From contig OZ220733.1 in NCBI GenBank assembly GCA_965116875.1, positions 192,001 through 256,000 on the forward strand: a stretch of 64,000 bases of DNA. Reading direction: 5' to 3'. The translations under genes and the position numbers were made by a program. Positions within the stretch are counted from its first letter, which is position 1; each line of letters starts with the position of its first letter. The stretch comes from Candidatus Latescibacterota bacterium. Lineage in GTDB: Bacteria; Latescibacterota; UBA2968; GCA-2709665. The notes under the pieces were generated by a model that was given only the letters and a program-made list of their open reading frames with translations, had not been told where the DNA came from and ran no database searches. Of the stretch, positions 38,633 through 46,759 are shown piece by piece.

Positions 38633-39625
38633 TTAGAACGTGCCTCCCACGGAGACGCGAATCGGTGGATCGAACATAACGACACCGTCGTTCTTCTGCA
38701 ACAGCGATACCGCTACGTCCGCAGTGACCGTGCGTCCCCCGAACGTCTGCTTCAGCCCGGCGCCCACCGCGATGCTCTCGAGGTCGTAGTTCCACTTCCA
38801 ACCGGCGCGCAACGCGAGCGCATTCTGCAGCCACAACTCGGCGCCGAAGTGCCACCGCTGCTCGAAGTCCACGAAGAACGCGCTCTCCACCGAGGCGGTG
38901 AGGTAGGACGGATCGCCCTTTTCGCCGTATACTTCGGCAGCCACGCCGATATTATAGACGAGCGGCAACAGGTATGCCCGGTCGCCCGATTTGCGGTCAG
39001 GACCGAAATTCTTGAACGCCATTGCAATACGAAGGCTTCTGAAGCCCGTATAGAAGAAACTGCCCACGTCCACCGTGAAGCCCGTGGTCTTTACCGTGTA
39101 GAGCTTCTCCTGGACGTAATTCGCCTTGGCGCTGAACGAGAACTTGTCGGTGAACTTGATCGCATACAGCAGACCGACCGAGATATTGTGTACGACCACG
39201 TCCTGCCCGGTTCCGTTGGGCTGATAGATCGTGGTTTCCTTCGACGGCTTCGGGTTGTGGGACACAACGGTCAACCCCAACACCTCGCCCCTGGCGGAAC
39301 GCGTATTCCAGACAGCAGACGCCGAATAGAGCTGGGTGTCGAGCAGGAAGCGCGTCCAGTTCAACTGGTAGGCCACGCGTTCCACGTGTACGAGCCCCGC
39401 GCCGTTCCAGAAGATCGCGTTGATGTCGTCCGCTACCGCGGTATACGCGTCGCCCATAGCCACCGCGCGGGCGCCCTGGCCGATCTTGAGGAACTGCATC
39501 CCGGAGATATTGACTTTCTTGACACCGTACTCACCGGTCACCCCGCCCCACTTCACGGCCAAAGCCGGTGAAGCGGCAAGCAGCAGGGCCAAGACCGACG
39601 CAATGATTAGCATGCTTCTTTTCAC
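38633..39625 (-). CDS. PorV/PorQ family (FadL-like) outer-membrane barrel
   Basis: Signal peptide, FLKIG.GARA.AMGDAY.AVADD..AIFWN.AGL plug motif, terminal F. Confidence 0.9.
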   Translation of the reverse strand: MKRSMLIIASVLALLLAASPALAVKWGGVTGEYGVKKVNISGMQFLKIGQGARAVAMGDAYTAVADDINAIFWNGAGLVHVERVAYQLNWTRFLLDTQLYSASAVWNTRSARGEVLGLTVVSHNPKPSKETTIYQPNGTGQDVVVHNISVGLLYAIKFTDKFSFSAKANYVQEKLYTVKTTGFTVDVGSFFYTGFRSLRIAMAFKNFGPDRKSGDRAYLLPLVYNIGVAAEVYGEKGDPSYLTASVESAFFVDFEQRWHFGAELWLQNALALRAGWKWNYDLESIAVGAGLKQTFGGRTVTADVAVSLLQKNDGVVMFDPPIRVSVGGTF

Positions 39626-39650
39626 GTCATTTCCTCCTAGTTTGAGCCCG

Positions 39651-42122
39651 CTACTTGATCAGCACGAAGCTGCCTTTTCGGGTCTCTCCGCCGGACACAA
39701 CGACAAAATAGTACAGACCGGTCTGCACTTCGCCGGCGATATTGAACGTGATCTGCCGAAACTCGGTCTCACCCTTGGTGAGCGGGGTCCGGTCCGTGGT
39801 TTCAACGCGGTCGCCTGAGGCCGAGTAAATGTGAATGATCGCGTCTGAGGTCAGGCCCACGATGCGAAGGTTGCGGGAGTTGGGATACTGGTGCACGCCG
39901 TCAACGTAGTACGGGTTCGGCACGATGAGCACCTCATCCGGGAGGCCCGACAACAGGGCCTGGAACGGCTTGCGGTTGTCCCCGTCGTAGGTCCTGGCCG
40001 TGGAGGGGCCCCATCCACTTTCATACCCCCTCTTGATATTGGCCTGCACGCGCGCGCTGGGGATGTCGTCTATGGTCATCCCGCTGTTCCACGTGTACGA
40101 CTCCACGCCCCTGGCATACGGGCGGGCGGAGTAGAAGTAGGAAAAGCCTGCCGTGGTCTCCAGGTCCTCGTATTCATAGACGCCGTCGGCATTGATGCCC
40201 CATTCGCCCCGGGGCAGTCCCGCCGGATTGGTGGAAGATCCGCTCGAACCGTTTTCGATGATCCCGTACAGCTCCCAGGGACCCCATGAAAACCACTCGG
40301 ACTTGTACAGCCTGACCCCGAGGATATCCTGCTCGCCCGTATACGGGTTCACAGCGGACTCGGATTCCCTGCCCCACCGGATCAATTGCTTGGCCCTGGT
40401 GGAAGAGGTAAGGTTGTCGGGCGAAATGTACGCCTCGGTGGGCGAGGTGGGCACCTGGTAGTTGTTGTCATACACCCAATGGGCCAACTTCAGATTCTCC
40501 AGGGCGGCCTTCTCGCCGTCCGTCTTTATCTTCTGGATCTTGTTCTCGGGGCTGTCGCTGGACCGGTCCCACTTGATCAGCCCGATGTCCTGCTCGTTGG
40601 CGGGAATCGGCGCGAGCAAGGAAGGGTGCCCGGCGCCCCAGGAGAACACGAGCTTCACGGACTCATCCACGCCCACGTTGTAGGGCCCGTAAACCGTCAT
40701 GTCGTGGAACACCTTGCGCGTGGAAATGTCGCCCTCGTCCGGATTGGCCTGAAAACCCGTCGTTGTTATGACGCTGGCCAACTGCTCGGCGCTGTGCGTG
40801 GTATAGGTGGGATCGTCGAAGTCACCCGTGGAACGCGCCAGCCACCACTGGAACGAACGCGGCTGCATGTCTTCCCCGGGCTGCACGAATTTCCCGCGGT
40901 CGGCTTCGTTGAACGAGAACTTGCCCGCGTCGTCGGCATAGGCGAGCGGCGCCATGAAATAGGTGCTCGGCGCTCTTGGCTGGCCTTCCGTCTGCAGAAT
41001 GTTGTAGTTGGAGGGCACGATCGCCTTGAAGAACGGATCGCCCGTGTCGTCGTGCGAGGAAAACGGGTTGTCCGAGTCTCTCCGGATGACCGCGCGCATA
41101 TCCTCGCCCGCGAACGCGCCGTTCTGCGAGAATGCATTCGGATAGCCGTCGGCTTCCGTAAACCACAACGTATCGTCCATGCCGCGGGCATTGGACGCGT
41201 AGAAGTTCCACCCGAACTCCTCGAGAATGCCCATTGCCGTCATGGCGGCCACGTTCTTGAACGCGATGTAAAGGTTGTTGATGGGCCCCGGCGCTTCACC
41301 CACGCCGTCGCCATCGAAGTCGCCGATGTTCTTGAAGGTGAGGTCCACGATGTAGAAGTCGTCGAAATCCGGGTTGGACCAACTGTAGACGCGCCGCTGC
41401 ATCAGCAAACCGTTCTGCTTGTCGATCCACTGGGCGATGATCGTCTCTTCCGGAAGGTTCACGTCCACCAGGTTGTGCGCGCCCAGGTTGTAGTTGGCGA
41501 TGTGGGCCGGCGGTGTGCTAACCGGGTCCCAGTTGGCGCCGTAGATGCTGCCCCGATCGTCTTTGGTGACCCCCGGCCAGTAATTGGAGAGGGCACCCTG
41601 ATTATCCAGTTCCCCGGGAGAAATAGCGCTGTTCGGCGTCTCGGCGAGCTCCTGCAGCGGGTTGGGCTGCCCCCAGCTTTCCTCGGGATTGCCCAAGGGA
41701 TCGTAGGGGAACGCCTGGTTGTGTTCCACGATCTGCAGATTCTCACGAGGTCCGGTTACCGTAACGGTACCGGCGTCGGCGTTCAGGATCCAGATGCCCT
41801 CGCCGCCCGAAACCTTGTAGTCGTTGTACATCTGCGACTTCTGGTTGGACGTGAACTGGGAGAGCACGGCGCCGAACGAACCCGGGCCGTTGCCGTTCCA
41901 CGGATAGGCGTTGCGCCGGTAGCCGCGCCCCCACTCCTGGTTTCCGCCCATGCCGCCGATGTTGTTGTAGCTGTTGGAAATCAGCGACCTGAGGTTGTAC
42001 CTGCTGGAAATATTGTCGGGAGTGGCCTGCGCATCGACCGGGACTGGCTGAAATACAACCGCAACCAGCGCAAGGCAGGCGACTGCAACCAGCCCCTTAC
42101 CAATGAAATTCAATCGTTTCAT
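39651..42122 (-). CDS. Exported surface protein with T9SS type A-like C-terminal sorting domain
   Basis: Sec signal (VDA-Q), Fn3-like segment, C-terminus VPNPY...IHIYS.SG...TGLYYFVV...KGSFVLIK. Confidence 0.82.
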   Translation of the reverse strand: MKRLNFIGKGLVAVACLALVAVVFQPVPVDAQATPDNISSRYNLRSLISNSYNNIGGMGGNQEWGRGYRRNAYPWNGNGPGSFGAVLSQFTSNQKSQMYNDYKVSGGEGIWILNADAGTVTVTGPRENLQIVEHNQAFPYDPLGNPEESWGQPNPLQELAETPNSAISPGELDNQGALSNYWPGVTKDDRGSIYGANWDPVSTPPAHIANYNLGAHNLVDVNLPEETIIAQWIDKQNGLLMQRRVYSWSNPDFDDFYIVDLTFKNIGDFDGDGVGEAPGPINNLYIAFKNVAAMTAMGILEEFGWNFYASNARGMDDTLWFTEADGYPNAFSQNGAFAGEDMRAVIRRDSDNPFSSHDDTGDPFFKAIVPSNYNILQTEGQPRAPSTYFMAPLAYADDAGKFSFNEADRGKFVQPGEDMQPRSFQWWLARSTGDFDDPTYTTHSAEQLASVITTTGFQANPDEGDISTRKVFHDMTVYGPYNVGVDESVKLVFSWGAGHPSLLAPIPANEQDIGLIKWDRSSDSPENKIQKIKTDGEKAALENLKLAHWVYDNNYQVPTSPTEAYISPDNLTSSTRAKQLIRWGRESESAVNPYTGEQDILGVRLYKSEWFSWGPWELYGIIENGSSGSSTNPAGLPRGEWGINADGVYEYEDLETTAGFSYFYSARPYARGVESYTWNSGMTIDDIPSARVQANIKRGYESGWGPSTARTYDGDNRKPFQALLSGLPDEVLIVPNPYYVDGVHQYPNSRNLRIVGLTSDAIIHIYSASGDRVETTDRTPLTKGETEFRQITFNIAGEVQTGLYYFVVVSGGETRKGSFVLIK

Positions 42123-42161
42123 ATCCTTCTCTGCCTCCATTCGAAAGCACTGCGGAACAGA

Positions 42162-42191
42162 CGCGCCGGAAGCGAAACTGCTTCCGGCGCG
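42162..42191. other. Intercistronic 12-bp perfect stem-loop
   Basis: CGCGCCGGAAGC / GCTTCCGGCGCG just after the TonB receptor stop, no poly-T tail. Confidence 0.7.
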
Positions 42192-42199
42192 CCATTTCC

Positions 42200-45100
42200 T
42201 TACCAGTTAACGCGCAGCCCGAACTGGGCAAGACGCGGCGAATGCGCGTAAGACCGATCCCGGCTGTCGCCGTAATTCAGATAGTTCTTGTCGTCCGGGG
42301 TCGGCCCGTCCAGTCCGATGTACGTCCAGAGGTTTCTGTTCGACGGGCTGGTGCGGTCCTTCTGGTTGAAAACGTTGCGGATATCGGCGAAGAGGGTGGG
42401 CTGCACCCTGCCGGTCACGTTGAACGTCTTTTCGACGGCCAGGTCGGTACGGGAATCCAGCGCGAGGTCGCGGTAATACCGGTTGCCGCCTTCAGGCGGG
42501 GCGTAGTTGAAGATACCGCCCGTCTGGATACGGGAGGTGACGTTCAGACGGAGATTCTTGAGTACGGAACCGATAAAGGAATGGCCGAACTCGAAATCGT
42601 CCGGGAACGACGCCAGGAGCGAGAAACTTCCGAAATTCCGCCGGTCGCCGCTCTTTGGACGGAAGAACAGCGTGGTATAGCTGCCCGAGTTGATCTTGAC
42701 CGAACAGTTCTGGCCGCAGTTCCCAAGGGCGGGGTTGTCGACCGGCCGGAGGCCGTCCCACACGCCCGTGCCCAATTGGCCGCCCTTCGCCCGCGCATTG
42801 TCGTGGAAGTTCTGCCCCTGCTGCGCGTATTTGACGAGGTCGTCGCCCGTCAGCCGGCGAGGCGCCTCGCTGCCGTCCGGAAGCGCATCCCAGTAAATCC
42901 AGAAATTGGGAACGGTAATGCCGCGGTCCGTAAATGCGTTGGTTGTGGAAAGATGGACCACCGTTGCCGAGTCCATATACACGTTGCGGATCACGTTACC
43001 CAGCTTGCCCGTGGTGACCTGCGACCACTGGTAGTTGTAGGAAACGTTGAACGAGAAGTTGTGCGAGAAGGACTTGCGCATGGACAGTTCCACGCCGCGA
43101 GTGTCGCCGTACGCGCCGTTGTCCAGGGTCCGGGAATAGGGAATCCAGAAGTCCCTGGGTCCGACCCACGTCTCGTTGGGATACGATGTGAAGTGGTCCA
43201 CCTCGCTCTTGTAATACGCCGTTAAGGTGGCCGTGTAGTCGCTCACGAAGTTCCAGTCAGCGCCCACCTCGAAGGCCGTAGTCTTGGCGGGTTGCAGCAG
43301 GTGCAGCCCGTTCTGGCCCGAATACGTGGTGCGGAAGTTGTTCATCCGCTCGGTGGCGTCGATCCGGCCGTTCTCGTTCACGTCACGGTCGCCGGCGTCG
43401 CCGGAGGTCCAGTAGTCCTCGCCGAAATAATACCAGAGGTCCGCCCACTGGAGGAACACGCCCGTGGAGAAGCGCATCTGCGACCGCTCGGTGATCGGAT
43501 GGGAAACACCGATCCGCGGGCTGAACTTCACGTGCCAGGGCGCGTCCGTGACCCACAGAGAGCCTTCCTGATACGCCCAGTCGCGTGCGCGGGTATAGTA
43601 GCGGAACATGGAACTCCCGCGGTACGCGCCGAAGGTCAGCTGGCGAGAGTTCGGGTTGAACGTATCCAGGCGGACGCCCAGGTTCACGATCATCCCCTGG
43701 AATTCCATTTTATCCTGGACGTAGGCGTTGAGGAAGAAGGGTTTGACCTTCTCGCCCATCTGACCCTCGTTCATGATCACCCGCAGGTTCCGGGCGGCGG
43801 GGGTGGTGTCGTACCGCAGGATCATCGTGATGGCGCTGGTCTGGTACTCGACCCCCGCCTTCATGAAGTTACCCTTGGTGATCTGGGACGACAGGTCGAC
43901 CTTGGCGCCGATGCGCTGCCGGTCGTACTGGCCGTAACGCGCGGCCTGCCGGCCGATGTTGAACCAGCCCGCCTGGTCCCGGTAGATATCACCGGTCACT
44001 TCATGGGTACCGCTGAGGGTATCCATCTTCGAACGGGAATGCGAAACCCGCACTTCGTAGAACGTCCTTGGGGACAGCGTGTGCGTAAACACCGCGTACT
44101 GCAACTCTTCCCTGAGGTCGTGCAGACCGGCCGCCGACCACTTCTCGGGCAGGAACAGGTTGCGCCCGGAGCCGCGCACCATCGCGCCGCCGCCGCTGCC
44201 GTGACGCCCGCCGAAGAGGTCCGGATTGCCGTTCGAATACCAGTCCCAACCCAGGTACATCCCCCCCACTTTCAACTTGAGGTTGGCGCTCGGCTTGATG
44301 GTGATGCTTCCCGAAACGTTGATATTGCCCGGATCGTCCTGGAAGCTTCCGCGATCATTGTAGAAGCCGATGCGCTCGGCGCGAGGCGTTACGGCCGCAT
44401 AGCGTTCGTGCTTGGCCGTTGCCACGAAGGACGCCCTGTCGCCGATCGGGCCGGACAGGTTGCCTTCGACGCCGAAGCCGGTCCACTCCGTGTAGTTCGT
44501 ACGGACGTGAATCAGTTCGCCCGCGACCTCTTCGAAAATGGGATGGTTGATCTTGTCCGAAAGGTCCGGATATTTCTCGTTGGCCCAGACGGGGTTGTCC
44601 CATTGCACCTTGTCCTGGTGCTGCGGGGAGTCGTAGACGTTTTCGCCCCAGTGCTTCTTGCTGGCGGGCTCGTAGCGGAACTCGCCCCAGCCGTTCACCT
44701 CGCCGCCGCCTTCCTTGGTGATGATCTGGACCACGCCGCCCTGGGCATTGCCGTATTCAGCGGGGGTTACGCCCGTGAGCACGGACAATTCCTGGATGGC
44801 GCCCCGGTTCACCTGGCGGAAGCGTCCGCCTCGCCCGCGGCCGTCGTTGTGGTTCATCCGGACGCCGTCCACCACGTACGCGACGTCGCTGGCGTACCAG
44901 CCCCTGTCGACGTAGGCGCCGCGAATCCGGTTGGACCCGTCAACCGCCACGCCCGGCTGCAACTGCAGCAACTCGGACGTCCTGCGCGCGGCCGCCAGGT
45001 TCCGCTCGGTCTCTTCGAGCGTCACCGTGTATTTGCTGGTGGTCTTGTCGGGCTCCACCAGCGGACGGCCAGCCGTGACCACCAACTCACCCAGTTCGAG

Positions 45101-45433
45101 GGCGGTCTCTTTCAAATTGTAATTGATGGTGGTGGTATGGTCCGTCGATACGTCCACGCCCGTCTGCGACACGGTTTCGTAACCGATGAGGGACGCTGAA
45201 AGGGTATAGACACCGGGCGGGATATTGATGATGACGTAATACCCGTCGGCATCGGCTGTGGAACCCAGATTGAGTTCCTTGATCACCACGTTGGCGCCGG
45301 GCAGGACTTCGCCGGCCTGGTCGCGTACCACGCCGTTGATTTTGCCCGTAACGCCTGCCTGCAGTTCGCCGGCAACAAAACCGACGGCCGCAACGGCAAC
45401 TGCGATTCCGAAAAACAGAAGCTTACGCTTCAT
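42200..45433 (-). CDS. TonB-dependent receptor with N-terminal CarboxypepD_reg-like domain
   Basis: GKI.G.V.D..GE.LPGANV, DADGYY.I.NIPPG.Y, plug LQPGV...IRG...YVVDG...AEYGNAQGGVVQIITKEG, C-terminal PR..QFGLRVNW. Confidence 0.92.
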   Translation of the reverse strand: MKRKLLFFGIAVAVAAVGFVAGELQAGVTGKINGVVRDQAGEVLPGANVVIKELNLGSTADADGYYVIINIPPGVYTLSASLIGYETVSQTGVDVSTDHTTTINYNLKETALELGELVVTAGRPLVEPDKTTSKYTVTLEETERNLAAARRTSELLQLQPGVAVDGSNRIRGAYVDRGWYASDVAYVVDGVRMNHNDGRGRGGRFRQVNRGAIQELSVLTGVTPAEYGNAQGGVVQIITKEGGGEVNGWGEFRYEPASKKHWGENVYDSPQHQDKVQWDNPVWANEKYPDLSDKINHPIFEEVAGELIHVRTNYTEWTGFGVEGNLSGPIGDRASFVATAKHERYAAVTPRAERIGFYNDRGSFQDDPGNINVSGSITIKPSANLKLKVGGMYLGWDWYSNGNPDLFGGRHGSGGGAMVRGSGRNLFLPEKWSAAGLHDLREELQYAVFTHTLSPRTFYEVRVSHSRSKMDTLSGTHEVTGDIYRDQAGWFNIGRQAARYGQYDRQRIGAKVDLSSQITKGNFMKAGVEYQTSAITMILRYDTTPAARNLRVIMNEGQMGEKVKPFFLNAYVQDKMEFQGMIVNLGVRLDTFNPNSRQLTFGAYRGSSMFRYYTRARDWAYQEGSLWVTDAPWHVKFSPRIGVSHPITERSQMRFSTGVFLQWADLWYYFGEDYWTSGDAGDRDVNENGRIDATERMNNFRTTYSGQNGLHLLQPAKTTAFEVGADWNFVSDYTATLTAYYKSEVDHFTSYPNETWVGPRDFWIPYSRTLDNGAYGDTRGVELSMRKSFSHNFSFNVSYNYQWSQVTTGKLGNVIRNVYMDSATVVHLSTTNAFTDRGITVPNFWIYWDALPDGSEAPRRLTGDDLVKYAQQGQNFHDNARAKGGQLGTGVWDGLRPVDNPALGNCGQNCSVKINSGSYTTLFFRPKSGDRRNFGSFSLLASFPDDFEFGHSFIGSVLKNLRLNVTSRIQTGGIFNYAPPEGGNRYYRDLALDSRTDLAVEKTFNVTGRVQPTLFADIRNVFNQKDRTSPSNRNLWTYIGLDGPTPDDKNYLNYGDSRDRSYAHSPRLAQFGLRVNW

Positions 45434-45476
45434 TGTGATACCTCCTCCGTTGAGTTGTTACCCCGGCTGCGTCAAA

Positions 45477-46196
45477 TTAACGCCAGAAGTAAAACTTCAT
45501 CTGCACGCCGACGTCGACCATGTGAATCGGTCGCACCTTCTCCAGCCCGTAGAACAGCATATTGCGCAACTCCCCCACAACGAAATTGTAGCGCGCGCGC
45601 AGGTCGATGGCCAGGTTCTGGGTGACGAAACCCTCGACACCGGCGCCGGCATTGGCGCCAATGGTGTACCGCTGATCTACCTGGTCTTCCATGACGAAGT
45701 CCAGATCTATGGGATCATTCGTCTGGCGGGAATAAACCAGGTTGCTGTTGATCGCGTAATAGCGATAGAGACCGCCGCCAACCAGAAGATAATACCTGTA
45801 GTCCCTGGCTTTGAACCCGTGGGTGGCGTTCTCTTCGCCGACGAAAAGCAGCCCGTTCACGATCAGGTTGTTCCACGTGATTTCGGACTTGCCGTTCGGG
45901 TGCGGGTACGACTGCTGGTCGATCGGGTATTCCCAGAGATCGGATGCCGGTTTTCCGTTTTCAAACTTCGAGTAATTGTACTCGATTTCAATAACGGTGC
46001 GTTGGCTGGCTACGTAGCTCAACGTGGCGCCGTATTTTCCCGTGGCGTCCCAGCGTTCTCCAAGCCGATGCATCGGGATATTGTAATCGGCGATCCCGCC
46101 AATCCCCCATCTACCTTCCTGGGCCAATGCGCTGTCTGACAGACCCGCTGCCGCCAGCACAAAAACAGCCAGAAAAGCAATACGCACAACTTTCAT
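45477..46196 (-). CDS. Small outer-membrane beta-barrel protein
   Basis: Signal peptide (ALA-Q), alternating strands, GANAGAGVE, terminal KFYFW. Confidence 0.8.
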   Translation of the reverse strand: MKVVRIAFLAVFVLAAAGLSDSALAQEGRWGIGGIADYNIPMHRLGERWDATGKYGATLSYVASQRTVIEIEYNYSKFENGKPASDLWEYPIDQQSYPHPNGKSEITWNNLIVNGLLFVGEENATHGFKARDYRYYLLVGGGLYRYYAINSNLVYSRQTNDPIDLDFVMEDQVDQRYTIGANAGAGVEGFVTQNLAIDLRARYNFVVGELRNMLFYGLEKVRPIHMVDVGVQMKFYFWR

Positions 46197-46538
46197 CTAC
46201 TCACCTCCCCATCTGAGAGTGAATGATGCGGAAACCCCCCTCCGCCCATCACTACGTCCCACGAACGGAATTTGCGAAGCGGACACCTCTAATCTCGATA
46301 GACAATCCTCCTTTCGTCAATTCAGGAAACATGGATGCACAGGATGAATTCAGAACCTGCTTGAGACTTGCTTGCACGGGTACATAAAAGGGCGCAATGC
46401 TTCATGATAGGATCATTGCGATTGCGCCCCGGTGTTCGCCAAACATTGGTGTGGAGTGCAGAAGAAACATTATAGAAACCGATTCCACGTGATGTTTTCA
46501 ATATGGCGCACTTCGCCTTTTTTTTACTGATCCCATAA

Positions 46539-46567
46539 AATTTAGTTGGCGCAAATGAATTTGTCAA
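46539..46567 (-). promoter_or_regulatory. sigma70-like promoter of the barrel-TonB receptor-cargo-PorV operon
   Basis: TTGACA (46567-46562), 17-bp spacer, TAAATT (46544-46539), upstream A-tract. Confidence 0.6.
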
Positions 46568-46759
46568 GTTTTTTTTGTCGGCCGGTTTTGGAAGCGTTTT
46601 GAATGCCCTGCTTTTATTCGAACAGCACCTGACGGCGTTTTGGGAAGCGGCCGGCGAAACCCGGAACTTTGTTCAGCCCCAATATAAACAGGGACGAATC
46701 GCAAATCAACCGCGATTCGTCCCTGTAAGCAAGAACATTTTGACCGGAGGCCGTGTGTT

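Noticed and set aside
40386-45199. Long plus-strand ORFs (40386-42251, 42242-43225, 43292-45199)
   Set aside because: Antisense shadows of the strongly codon-biased cargo and TonB receptor genes; no recognisable motifs
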